Below are positions 19,462 through 28,358 of a DNA stretch of 64,000 bases, piece after piece (the stretch's first letter is position 1; the number at the start of each line of letters is the position of its first letter). Under the pieces are notes generated by a model. It saw only the letters and a program-made list of their open reading frames with translations, had not been told where the DNA came from and did not search any database. The position numbers were made by a program, and so were the translations under genes. The stretch comes from Myxococcales bacterium (GTDB lineage: Bacteria > Myxococcota > UBA727 > JABDBI01), in contig CANFCB010000002.1 in NCBI GenBank assembly GCA_947445025.1, positions 18,802 through 82,801 of the forward strand, in the 5' to 3' direction.

Positions 19462-20655
19462 ATGTTTGGCATTTTAAAAAAAAATATCGAGACGAGCTGG
19501 GAAGATCATCGCCAAGCTCTATTAGCCGCTTTTTCTAAGATTATCGTTCCTGAATTTAACCAAGATGTGGTGAGTCTTGATTTGATTCGAAACATGGAAA
19601 TGAAAAATGGAAAATTGGTCGTCGAGTTGGTGTTGCCAACTTTCGCTTTGCGCTCTGAACGAGACTGCGCTTTAGCGGTTAAGAAAGCTGCCATTGAGCA
19701 ATCACCTCATTGCCCAGATGTGGAATTAAACGTCTATGCTGATGTCAAACCAGCAACTAGCAAAAGCATCTATCGGGAAAATGTTGCCGATGTCAAAAAC
19801 GTTATTTTAGTGGCTTCTGGTAAAGGTGGTGTGGGCAAAAGCACCATTGCTTCCAATTTGGCGGTGGCCTTGTCAGGTTTGGGTTGCCGGGTTGGTTTGC
19901 TTGATGCTGATGTGTATGGGCCTTCCATTCCTATAATGTTTGGGGTCGCACAAGATACAGAAGTGCAAGGCTTTTCCATAAAAGGCAGTGACGAAACTTT
20001 CATGATGCCGATTGAAAAACATGGAATCAAGCTGATGAGCATCGGATTTTTGGTCGATACCGCGTCGGCTATGATTTGGCGCGGCCCTATGATTGCGTCG
20101 GCATCCATGCAGATGTTTTTTAACGTGGCCTGGGGCGATTTAGATTATTTAATTGTTGATTTACCACCGGGAACAGGCGATGTGCAGCTGACAATTTCTC
20201 AACGTGTAGCCATTGCTGGCAGCGTGGTCGTCTCAACGCCGCAGGATGTGGCGTTAGCAGATGTGGTACGCGCCAAAGCCATGTTCGATAAAGTCAACAT
20301 TCCGACTTTGGGCGTTGTCGAGAACATGAGTTATTTTATTTGTGACGGATGTGATAAACGCCATGAAATCTTCACATCCGGCGGTGCCAGATTAGCTGCA
20401 GAAAAACTGTCGCTACCATTTTTAACTGAGATCCCCCTAGATCCATCTGTTCGCCAAGGAGCAGATGAGGGTACGCCATTATCTGCTAGTGCTGCAAATA
20501 AAAGCCCGGCCGGAAAAGCTTTTCAAGCCTTGGCTCATGAAGTAGCGACGAGATTAGCCTTGGCCGCGAAGAAGCCTCCTGTGCATGTGCCCACAAAACC
20601 AACTGCTGCAGCGCCCATCAAAAGCGTTAAAAAAGGTCTTACGGTTCTCTCGTAA
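19462..20655 (+). CDS. Mrp/ApbC/NBP35-family Fe-S cluster carrier ATPase with N-terminal DUF59-like domain
   Basis: Deviant Walker A ASGKGGVGKST, the CDGC motif in FICDGCDKRHEIF, and a basic Pro/Ala-rich C-terminal tail. Confidence 0.9.
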   Translation: MFGILKKNIETSWEDHRQALLAAFSKIIVPEFNQDVVSLDLIRNMEMKNGKLVVELVLPTFALRSERDCALAVKKAAIEQSPHCPDVELNVYADVKPATSKSIYRENVADVKNVILVASGKGGVGKSTIASNLAVALSGLGCRVGLLDADVYGPSIPIMFGVAQDTEVQGFSIKGSDETFMMPIEKHGIKLMSIGFLVDTASAMIWRGPMIASASMQMFFNVAWGDLDYLIVDLPPGTGDVQLTISQRVAIAGSVVVSTPQDVALADVVRAKAMFDKVNIPTLGVVENMSYFICDGCDKRHEIFTSGGARLAAEKLSLPFLTEIPLDPSVRQGADEGTPLSASAANKSPAGKAFQALAHEVATRLALAAKKPPVHVPTKPTAAAPIKSVKKGLTVLS

Positions 20656-20692
20656 AGCAAAAATGGGTATAAGCGTTTTGGAGGGATTTTTT

Positions 20693-21532
20693 ATGTTTGA
20701 TTTGCAACGCGCCGATGGTGCACTGGTCCAAAAGGAATCCACTTTGCGGCGTTTTATGCCTTATTTGATGCCCAGACGAAATGATTCGGTGGTTTACTTC
20801 GAGCAAACGGTGGATGTGACCAATGTGCTTAAGTATTTAAGTGATTTAAAACGCAAAAATAACGAACAAGACGTTACTTTTTTTCATGTTTTTTTGGCCT
20901 GCCTGGTACGGACACTGTGTCAGTGGCCCAGGATGAATCGTTTTATCTCCGGCGGAAAGATATATCAGCGTGGCGTCGTTGAGATTTCCTTTGGCGTCAA
21001 AAAAAAGATGCAGGAAGATGCGGGGGTGACGGCTGTCAAAATGCAATTTGCAGCGACGGACACGGTTTTTGATATATCCAGAAAGGTCAACGAAAAAATA
21101 AATGAAGGTCGCAGTCCCAAGTTGACATCGTCTGAAAAAGAAATGTCTATTGTTACTTTTTTGCCGGGATTTATGATCCGTTTTTTATTTTGGTTGCAGC
21201 GTGCACTCGACAACTTGAATTTATTGCCAGCCTTCATGACAAAAAATGACCCACTGTACGCTAGTGCTTTTATAGCTAATTTAGGCAGCCTAAAACTGCA
21301 TGCTCCATTTCATCACTTGTACGAATACGGCACGGTTTCTCTGTTTGGCGTGCTGGGAAGAATTTATAAGGCTCCAGTGGTGAACGACGCTGGTGAAATC
21401 GTTGCGAAAGATGTGGTTTTAATTCGTTGGAGTCTTGATGAGCGCGTCACCGATGGATTTTATGCATCCCAGGCTTTTGTTACTTTTGAAAAGCTCATAC
21501 AAAATCCCGCTATTCTTGAAGAAGCCCCGTAA
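20693..21532 (+). CDS. stand-alone 2-oxoacid dehydrogenase E2 catalytic-domain-like (CAT-fold) acyltransferase homolog
   Basis: It is colinear with the E2 catalytic domain (RRFMPYL..., FFHVFLACLVRTL, ANLGSL...). The C-terminal motif is WSLDERVTDGF where E2 enzymes have DHRxxDG. No lipoyl or E3-binding domain is present. An RBS (ggaggga) precedes ATG 20693. Confidence 0.6.
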   Translation: MFDLQRADGALVQKESTLRRFMPYLMPRRNDSVVYFEQTVDVTNVLKYLSDLKRKNNEQDVTFFHVFLACLVRTLCQWPRMNRFISGGKIYQRGVVEISFGVKKKMQEDAGVTAVKMQFAATDTVFDISRKVNEKINEGRSPKLTSSEKEMSIVTFLPGFMIRFLFWLQRALDNLNLLPAFMTKNDPLYASAFIANLGSLKLHAPFHHLYEYGTVSLFGVLGRIYKAPVVNDAGEIVAKDVVLIRWSLDERVTDGFYASQAFVTFEKLIQNPAILEEAP

Positions 21533-22076
21533 CTTCTTGTCGTAGGCTGGAATCTGTCACGAAGCTCCCGCGTGTGGACCTGGTAATAGTAATACTGCCT
21601 TGTTTTTTAAGGCCACGCATCTCGATGCAAAAATGCTGTGCTTTGATGACAATCATGAGCCCTTTGGGCTTTAAGGCAGTGTGCAAGATATTGGTGATTT
21701 CTTCCGTTAGATTTTCTTGCAGTTGTAATTTTTGCGAACAAGCATCAATAATTTGCCCGAGAGTACCAAGTCCAATAATGTTTTTATGGGGCACGTAAGC
21801 AATATCGACGCTGCCAAAAAAAGGCAAAAGATGATGTTCGCATAAAGAATGAAATTGGGTTGCTTTCAATATGACTAATTCTTGTGAAGGCGCTGGCAAT
21901 AAAGAGTTTTTGGCGATTTCAGCTATGGGTATTTGATTGCCTTTGGTAAGCTCCGCTAAAGCTTGCGCCACACGTTTAGGTGTTTCTTTTAGGCTTGGCC
22001 TGTTGATATCCTCGCCAAGACAGTTTAGCGCTTGGCGAATCAAAGTTTCTAATTGATTTTTTGAATTTTTTGTCAT
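21510..22076 (-). CDS. folE: GTP cyclohydrolase I
   Basis: SLCEHHLLPFFG and AQHFCIEMRG motifs; 188 aa. Confidence 0.9.
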   Translation of the reverse strand: MTKNSKNQLETLIRQALNCLGEDINRPSLKETPKRVAQALAELTKGNQIPIAEIAKNSLLPAPSQELVILKATQFHSLCEHHLLPFFGSVDIAYVPHKNIIGLGTLGQIIDACSQKLQLQENLTEEITNILHTALKPKGLMIVIKAQHFCIEMRGLKKQGSITITRSTRGSFVTDSSLRQEVTGLLQE

Positions 22077-22091
22077 GTTTTTGTATGAACT

Positions 22092-22568
22092 TTATGGCGT
22101 GATTATTTTCTTAAAGTTCCATTGTCCTTTTTTATTTAAAATGTCTGACCAATCTAAATCTGCTTCAAGCAAAGCAGCGCTGGCTGTGCCAAGCTCGAGG
22201 GCTTTTGTCGAAAGCCATGTTGCAAGAGCTTCTGCGGTTGGGTTATGACCTAGCAGCATAAGGGTCTGGCTATCGCTTGCTTTGGTTTTTATGAGAGTTA
22301 AAATTTGAGCAACAGTGGCGTGATAGAGTTCATGTGTAAAGATAATAGGAACCTGGCCTAAGATAGGCGCACTCAATTTCCAGGTTTCCTTGGTGCGTTT
22401 AGCGTCACTGCATAACACTAAATCTGGAATCCAGTGTGCTTGGACTAACTGGTGCGCAGTTTTAGGCGCCTGTTTATTGCCCACTTCATCAAGAGGACGT
22501 TCATGATCAGCGGTCATGCTTGTTGGCAAACTTTGTGCGTGACGCATAATGATCAGTCGTTTTGACAT
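22092..22568 (-). CDS. sixA: SixA-type phosphohistidine phosphatase (histidine phosphatase superfamily)
   Basis: LIIMRHAQS (RHG-type motif), LLGHNP, and a length of about 158 aa. Confidence 0.75.
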   Translation of the reverse strand: MSKRLIIMRHAQSLPTSMTADHERPLDEVGNKQAPKTAHQLVQAHWIPDLVLCSDAKRTKETWKLSAPILGQVPIIFTHELYHATVAQILTLIKTKASDSQTLMLLGHNPTAEALATWLSTKALELGTASAALLEADLDWSDILNKKGQWNFKKIITP

Positions 22569-22582
22569 GATTTTCTCTTAAG

Positions 22583-24091
22583 TTAAGGCTTCGATATTGC
22601 CACAAATATTGTGGCTTTTTGACGACGCAGCAGGATTCGTAACACTGCACCTTTTTTTGCTTTTTCTACGAATGAAGACAAGGCACCGGGATTCTTAATT
22701 GGTTGATTATTAATTTTGATGACCACGTCGTTGATTTCAATGCCCGCAAATGCTGCAATAGAGCGAGGATTGACCTGCACAATGCGTGCCCCAGTGACTT
22801 CTTTTTCTAAGTGCAGTTGGGTTTTGGCATTATCATCTAAGCTTGCAACAGTCAGCCCAATACTTTCAATAGCTGTGGTCTCTTCTTTTTTTGGCGCAGG
22901 GATTGCTTGATTAGGCTTCTTTTCTTTGGGCAATTCTTCTAACGTTAATTTAAACATGCCAGATTTTCCATCGCGAAAAACTTTAAAGGGAACACTTTTG
23001 CCGACGCCGGAAAGGCCAGCCATGACCTGCAGAGAGCTAGCATCTCTCACCATTTTGCCATCAAATTCGGTGATAACATCACCTGCTTGGATGCCGCTTT
23101 TGTCAGCAGCGCTCTTTGGCATCACTTCGCGCACCACGGCGCCATGGGTAAAGGGCAGTCCCAAAGCTTGTGCCAATTCAGGGCTGACATTTTCAATGCG
23201 AATTCCCATACCTGAACGTGATGCGTGTCCTTTGCTTTTGAGTTGCGGCAAAATTTGTTTAACCTGATCGATTGGGATAGCAAAAGCAATTCCTTGCCCA
23301 GCGGCGCTCATGGCGGTATTGATACCAACGACTTCTCCAGCTAGATTAAGTAAAGGTCCTCCAGAATTTCCGGGATTGATAGGTGCGTCTATCTGAATAA
23401 AATCAAAAAGCCCATTGCGACCAGAAGGGTGTACATCGCGTCGGCCACGGGCAGAAACAATGCCCATGGAAACTGAAAGTTCCAATCCTAAGGGATTACC
23501 AATAGCGATGGCAAAATCTCCTACGCTCAAATTAGTTGAATTGCCTAAAGGGATGACTGGCCAATCTTTTTTGTCACTTTTAATCTTAAGCAGCGCCACG
23601 TCAGTATCTTCGTCAGATCCAATTACTTCTGCATCATATTCTTTTAAGTCTGTTCCTATTTTAACTTTAATCGAAGTGGCGCCTTCAACGACATGGTTGT
23701 TAGTTAAAGCAAATCCCGACGGATGAATAATAAAGCCGCTTCCTTGTCCCTTGGTTTTCTGTTCATGCATTGGGCCTTGTTGTTGCGGACCAAAAAAGCG
23801 AAAGAAATCGCCAAAGGGGCCTCTTTCAAATCCTGGCGGCAGCTGCGCATTTTGTTGCTGGAACACGGATTCCGTAGTCACGACTAAGACAGCGGGTTCA
23901 ACTTTTTGCACCAAGGGAGCTAACGAAGGAATATTAATCTGGGATTTTTGAGCGTCTTCTGCCGATAGTTCCATCCAAAGCGCATCTTTACTAAAAAGGC
24001 TGGGGGACTTGCTAACAAAGAAGGCTGATGCGATAATCGTGACAAGTAAAAGAGGAGCGAGTTGCAAGACTGGTCGTAATTTGGTTTTCAT
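22583..24091 (-). CDS. htrA: periplasmic HtrA/DegP/DegQ serine protease with two PDZ domains
   Basis: Catalytic triad context TNNHVV, DVALLKI and GNSGGPLLN, followed by two PDZ-like segments. A signal-anchor follows the likely start ATG 24091, which has an aaggaaa RBS. Confidence 0.95.
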   Translation of the reverse strand: MKTKLRPVLQLAPLLLVTIIASAFFVSKSPSLFSKDALWMELSAEDAQKSQINIPSLAPLVQKVEPAVLVVTTESVFQQQNAQLPPGFERGPFGDFFRFFGPQQQGPMHEQKTKGQGSGFIIHPSGFALTNNHVVEGATSIKVKIGTDLKEYDAEVIGSDEDTDVALLKIKSDKKDWPVIPLGNSTNLSVGDFAIAIGNPLGLELSVSMGIVSARGRRDVHPSGRNGLFDFIQIDAPINPGNSGGPLLNLAGEVVGINTAMSAAGQGIAFAIPIDQVKQILPQLKSKGHASRSGMGIRIENVSPELAQALGLPFTHGAVVREVMPKSAADKSGIQAGDVITEFDGKMVRDASSLQVMAGLSGVGKSVPFKVFRDGKSGMFKLTLEELPKEKKPNQAIPAPKKEETTAIESIGLTVASLDDNAKTQLHLEKEVTGARIVQVNPRSIAAFAGIEINDVVIKINNQPIKNPGALSSFVEKAKKGAVLRILLRRQKATIFVAISKP

Positions 24092-24162
24092 AAAAGTTGT
24101 TTCCTTTTCGTGAAATGACTTATCATATTGTATTTTTTCCATATCAATTTCAAGAGGGATCA

Positions 24163-26229
24163 ATGCGTTCAACTTTTTTGATGTTCTTAATTTGTTTATG
24201 TTTTACTCCAGCTGTTGCGGTAAACGCCCCGTCTTCATGTCAGACCTACGAAAAAGATTTGAAAAAATATAAGCAGTGCGGAGATGGAATTTTATTAAAA
24301 TTGGCTACTTGTTATGACCAAGAAAATAATTGGGCAAAAGCCGCGCCCTTATTTCAACAGCTGCTTGCCAAGCCTTTGTATAAACAAAATATTAATTTTC
24401 TATATGCGCCTACTATGTATTGGCTGCAGAATGGTAAAGACGAGTGGATTGATTACATCAATGCTGTTTCGTATATTAAACCAGACACTCTCGATTCATT
24501 GCAACGAGAGAAGTTGGCAGAAATATGGGCGCTTCTTTTAAATACGCCAAAAGTAAAGACGCACGCTTCATTGATTGAAAACGCGCTTTATCAACTATAT
24601 GTTGAGTTGCCAGAGACAAAAGCTGCGGATCAAATTGCCGAGCAAGATATTGGGAAAAATTGGCAGTTAACAAGGTCTGAGGACGATGTTTTGGCGCGTG
24701 CCCGGGTTTTGATTTTACACAATCAAAACAGCAAAGTGATTTCAACGCTGCAACCATTGTCAAGCGTTGATATTACAGAAAATAATGCAGGGATTTGTGA
24801 GGGGCATTATTTATTAGGCAAAGCCTACCGCAATCAACGTCAATATGAAGATGCCAACAATTATTTACTTCGGGTCATAAAGTCTTGTGATGGGGATGTG
24901 AAAAGAAATGCTTTCTTTCTCGCTGCGCGTTTAGCCGCTATGCAGCCTAGTGATAAGTCGTTGGCCTTATTTGATCAGTTTTTAGCTGAGTATCCTTCGC
25001 ACTCTTATGCCGATGACGTGCTGCTATGGAAAATTACCGTTTTAGACCAGGTCAAAACCAACAAGGAAGTCAATGAAGCCTATGTGACGTTTCTGGAAAA
25101 ATATCCTGCTGGCGACATGGCGCAAAATGCGGTATTTGGTCGCGCTTTTTTCTTTGCCGCGCAGGGTGATTTTCCGCATGCCTTGGAAACGTTAAAAGCT
25201 TCAATAGACAGCGCTTCTAAATCGTTACCTGATCTGCGTGCCAACTACTGGTATGGCCGCTTTTTACTTTATCCCTCGTTAACTGCTTGGTATAAAAATC
25301 CAGACCTAGAACAAACCCAGCAAGGACTCTTGGTGTTGCAACTTTTATCTGTCGAATATCCTCACACGTATTACGGTTATTTAGCAGGACGGTTGGTGGC
25401 TGGAATCATTAACGCAAAAAATGTCCCTGCCGCAAAAATAAAACCGCAAAAAGCAGTGCTTTCAAAAAACATTGCGTTAGAAAAAAATGTGAATTTTCGC
25501 CAAGCCAACTGCCTGGCTGATGCAGGCTATCAGGATGAAGCTTTTATTTACGTAGATAAAATGATTCAAGAAATGACCTCTACCGAAGATCGCATGGCTT
25601 TGGCACAGTTATCTGGCAAATTGGGAAACCCGAGTAAAAGTCATCAGGTGATGCGCCAATTAGGCATGGCATTTCCCTTCGCATTCGATATCCGCACTAA
25701 AATTTTACCGTGGCAATTAGCTTTTCCTAAAGCATACGATAAAGAAATTAATCAAGCAGCGCGGCAAGCCCATATGTCTCCTCCTTTGCTTTTCGCTATT
25801 GCAAGAGAGGAGAGTGCCTTTGATAAGCGCGCGTTATCATGGGCAGGGGCTAGAGGTCTTTTTCAATTAATGCCAACTGTAGCGTCCGCACAAGCCGCCA
25901 AACTTAAAATAAAGCTTGCTTCTAATGAGGAACTTTTTCTGCCAGAAATAAATGCAGATCTGGGGGCAGAACATTACATGGAACAATTGAAAAGTCTTGG
26001 ACATCCCTTGTTGGCAATCGCTGCATACAATGGCGGCGCTGGTAGTGTTCGAAAATGGCTAAAAAAAATGCCAGTATCTTCTATGCCCGTCGATATTTTT
26101 ATTGAGCAAATTCCATTTGAGCAGACAAAAGGCTATGTTAAAAAAGTTTGCAACGCTTGGATGACTTATGTTTGGCTGGATAACGGCCTTGACCAGCCTG
26201 ATTTTTCTCTGAGTGTACAAAAACGGTAG
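24163..26229 (+). CDS. slt: soluble lytic murein transglycosylase (Slt70-like: superhelical TPR-like N-domain plus SLT domain)
   Basis: The SLT catalytic motif is AREESAFDKRALSWAGARGLFQLMP, followed by AAYNGGAGSV. A signal peptide (MRSTFLMFLICLCFTPAVA) starts at ATG 24163. Confidence 0.9.
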   Translation: MRSTFLMFLICLCFTPAVAVNAPSSCQTYEKDLKKYKQCGDGILLKLATCYDQENNWAKAAPLFQQLLAKPLYKQNINFLYAPTMYWLQNGKDEWIDYINAVSYIKPDTLDSLQREKLAEIWALLLNTPKVKTHASLIENALYQLYVELPETKAADQIAEQDIGKNWQLTRSEDDVLARARVLILHNQNSKVISTLQPLSSVDITENNAGICEGHYLLGKAYRNQRQYEDANNYLLRVIKSCDGDVKRNAFFLAARLAAMQPSDKSLALFDQFLAEYPSHSYADDVLLWKITVLDQVKTNKEVNEAYVTFLEKYPAGDMAQNAVFGRAFFFAAQGDFPHALETLKASIDSASKSLPDLRANYWYGRFLLYPSLTAWYKNPDLEQTQQGLLVLQLLSVEYPHTYYGYLAGRLVAGIINAKNVPAAKIKPQKAVLSKNIALEKNVNFRQANCLADAGYQDEAFIYVDKMIQEMTSTEDRMALAQLSGKLGNPSKSHQVMRQLGMAFPFAFDIRTKILPWQLAFPKAYDKEINQAARQAHMSPPLLFAIAREESAFDKRALSWAGARGLFQLMPTVASAQAAKLKIKLASNEELFLPEINADLGAEHYMEQLKSLGHPLLAIAAYNGGAGSVRKWLKKMPVSSMPVDIFIEQIPFEQTKGYVKKVCNAWMTYVWLDNGLDQPDFSLSVQKR

Positions 26230-26241
26230 CAAGTATTTTTT

Positions 26242-27126
26242 TTAAGAAATCTGTGGCCAAGATTGCAAAAATAAATGTTCAAGCACAAGCTGGGTGTTGC
26301 CATGCGCTTTTAGATCCGTTTGAGCTTTTTCTAAAACTGCTACCAGTGCTGTCATCTGTCTGCGATTTAGTGTGAGCGGAGAAGATGATTCAAAACTGGA
26401 TTGAATCAACTCCATGATTGCAAATTGCAAGCCGGCTAATTGCGCGCGGACGGTTTCTTTGTTTTTAGCGAGTTGTTCGATGATGCGAAATCTTTCAGAT
26501 AAATCCGCTTGGTTAATTTTTTCAAAAAGCAACGCAGATTGCTGTGATAGTGTCTTACAATCAGCGGCGACGGTGTCGGGAAACAAGAGTCGTTGGCATC
26601 TGGAAGCAATGGTTGGCAGGACAGACTGCAGTGAAGGCGCCAGTATAATAAAAAAATGATTATTTTGAGGCTCCTCTAAAGTTTTTAAAAGTGCATTTGC
26701 TGCTTGATGCGTTAAATGGTGCCCGTCAATAATGATCCAAGCATGCGGCGTTTCATTTAAGTTTGACATATGTTGTTCATGCTTCAATGCGCGAATGGCA
26801 TCAATGCGAATTTCGGAAGAGGATGCTGTGTTCTTTTCGACGTTTTCTGGTTGCCGGCGTATTATTTCTGCTTCAGACATAATATAATGCAGATTTGTGT
26901 GATTTTTCTGGAATAATTGTCGACAATCGATACAAATGTGGCAACCTACGAGCACAGAGGCTGATGTCTTGGTGTTTTTACAAATTAGAGCCGCTGCAAT
27001 ATGAAGGGCCACTAATTCCTTGTCAGAAGAATGAGGTCCAAGTAATAGCAGGGCGTGCCCGAGTCGATGATTGTTCAGGGCGTTTGACAAGTATTGTGCA
27101 ATACGAGGTGGGATATCTTGAGGCAT
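26242..27126 (-). CDS. holB: DNA polymerase III delta-prime subunit
   Basis: GHALLLLGP precedes a degenerate P-loop. The zinc module is CHICIDCRQLFQKNHTNLHY. LLKTLEEPQ and TIASRCQ are present. The likely start is ATG 27126; the ORF track's N-terminal extension is not convincing. Confidence 0.85.
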   Translation of the reverse strand: MPQDIPPRIAQYLSNALNNHRLGHALLLLGPHSSDKELVALHIAAALICKNTKTSASVLVGCHICIDCRQLFQKNHTNLHYIMSEAEIIRRQPENVEKNTASSSEIRIDAIRALKHEQHMSNLNETPHAWIIIDGHHLTHQAANALLKTLEEPQNNHFFIILAPSLQSVLPTIASRCQRLLFPDTVAADCKTLSQQSALLFEKINQADLSERFRIIEQLAKNKETVRAQLAGLQFAIMELIQSSFESSSPLTLNRRQMTALVAVLEKAQTDLKAHGNTQLVLEHLFLQSWPQIS

Positions 27127-27380
27127 GAGAAAAGTCCATTTTAAGCAGAGTAAATATCTTTTTGTCATCATTATTGATGGAGTCAAGTCTGAATTTTTAG
27201 GAAAAAATTTAAAAGAAGTGAGGACAAGGACACAGTTGCGTAAAAAGGAAAAAATTACTGCTTCCAATTGCGCAATTGGGCAACTCTGTCCCTGCGGGTG
27301 TTGCACAACGAAAAGCACAGAAAAGAGGAGGAATAAAAAAATAATTTAAGATAAAATTTAAAACATAAGTACTTTAATTT

Positions 27381-27398
27381 ATTTGCAATTTTGCAAAT
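27381..27398. promoter_or_regulatory. 8-bp-arm inverted repeat ATTTGCAA-tt-TTGCAAAT in the long AT-rich region upstream of the histone-like gene
   Basis: Read directly from the sequence. It lies about 210 nt upstream of ATG 27608. It looks like an operator, but no binding factor is known. Confidence 0.25.
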
Positions 27399-27607
27399 TT
27401 GAATTTTTATTGCTCGCAAAAATTATTGATAAACTAATGAATCGGATGTCGCTAAAAGTAAAAGCTTTCTTGTGAAAAATAAAAGCAAGACTTGCCTCGA
27501 CCATAGGTGTGCTGTTGCGAGAGGATAGAGATTGAAAGCGGGGTGGCTTTAGCTACTTTTGCAACGAGCTCACCGGAGCTTCATCCGGATTTAAGGAGAT
27601 AAATACA

Positions 27608-28237
27608 ATGGCTGAAAAAGTATTGCGCACAGGCGTAGAACGTAAAAAAGGTTGGTTATATTACCTCGATAAAAATTTAAATATTTATCGCGCTAAGATG
27701 GTTCGGGGTGGAGAGAAGAAAAAGAAAGGCGAACACCCAGAAGTTGTCCAAAAAACCGACTTGAAACGTGATCAAAATTATCTTTATTATGTAGACAAGC
27801 AAGGTGATATTTCACGCGTTAAAGCAAGCCGCGGTGGAACTGCACGAAAAGGCAAGCGCAGACGTAAGACAGCTGCTCAACGCGAAGCGATGATGAAAAA
27901 GAAATTAGCAGCCAAGAAGAAAAAAGCTTTGGCTAAACTAAAATCAGCAGCCAAGAAAAAAGCTGCAGCAGCTAAGAAGAAAGCCGCAGCAGCCAAGAAA
28001 AAAGCTGTAGCAGCCAAGAAAAAAGCTGTAGCAGCCAAGAAAAAAGCCAAAGCCAAAGCCAAAGGTAAAAAGAAAGTCGCCAAGAAAAAAGGCAGCAAAG
28101 CAAAAGCTAAGAGCAAGGCACCTGCCAAAAAGCAAAAAGCTCCTGCCAAAAAGCAAAAAGCTGCGCCTAAGAAAAAGGCCAAGCATAAGGCGCCAGCCAA
28201 AAAGCCAGCCAAAAAAGCAAAACGTAAGGCTGCTTAA
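27608..28237 (+). CDS. histone H1-like Lys/Ala-rich nucleoid protein with a duplicated N-terminal YY(L/V)DK...RGG motif
   Basis: The C-terminal ~130 aa are AAKKKA/KAPAKKQ repeats, as in H1-like bacterial proteins (Hc1, AlgP and BpH1 types). The N-terminus has two copies of a ~33-aa unit: GWLYYLDKNLNIYRAKMVRGG and NYLYYVDKQGDISRVKASRGG. A strong RBS (aaggaga) is present. Confidence 0.8.
   Translation: MAEKVLRTGVERKKGWLYYLDKNLNIYRAKMVRGGEKKKKGEHPEVVQKTDLKRDQNYLYYVDKQGDISRVKASRGGTARKGKRRRKTAAQREAMMKKKLAAKKKKALAKLKSAAKKKAAAAKKKAAAAKKKAVAAKKKAVAAKKKAKAKAKGKKKVAKKKGSKAKAKSKAPAKKQKAPAKKQKAAPKKKAKHKAPAKKPAKKAKRKAA
27947..28051 (+). repeat. five tandem copies of a 21-bp unit (gcagccaagaaaaaagctgya) encoding AAKKKA(A/V); a second 2 x 21-bp repeat lies at 28121-28162
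   Basis: Units counted directly: 27947-27967, 27968-27988, 27989-28009, 28010-28030 and 28031-28051. Copies 3 and 4 are identical. Confidence 0.9.
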
Positions 28238-28266
28238 AGTTATAAAATAAAAATAATTTATTTTAG

Positions 28267-28299
28267 ATATCCCTCTTTTTTTAGAGGGATATTTTTTTT
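28267..28299 (+). terminator. Rho-independent terminator of the histone-like gene
   Basis: A 10-bp perfect stem (atatccctct / agagggatat) with a 6-nt T loop is followed by a run of 7 T. It starts 30 nt after the stop codon. Confidence 0.85.
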
Positions 28300-28358
28300 C
28301 TAGTGTTATAAAAAGATATCTTGTCATCTTGGATAAAAGTGCAGTTTCTGGATGTAGC

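Noticed and set aside
24097-27318. ORF-track N-terminal extensions were examined for slt (24097), holB (to 27318), htrA (to 24172), terC2 (to 58809), gatA (13972) and pilD (29054).
   Set aside because: Internal ATGs with RBS-like sequences give N-termini that match the family consensus or a signal peptide. The extensions overlap neighbouring genes or promoters.
27125-27349. A 74-aa Lys-rich ORF with a CPCGCC motif lies in the holB / histone-like intergenic region.
   Set aside because: It has no RBS and it starts inside the holB start region. Its low-complexity composition follows the AT-rich DNA. It cannot be excluded as a small protein, but nothing supports it.
27440-27600. The GC-richer segment upstream of the histone-like gene was checked by eye for SRP RNA, riboswitch or T-box features.
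   Set aside because: No SRP GGAAG/AGCAG motif, T-box or known aptamer consensus was recognisable, and only short (5-6 bp) stems are present. A covariance-model scan is needed before any call.
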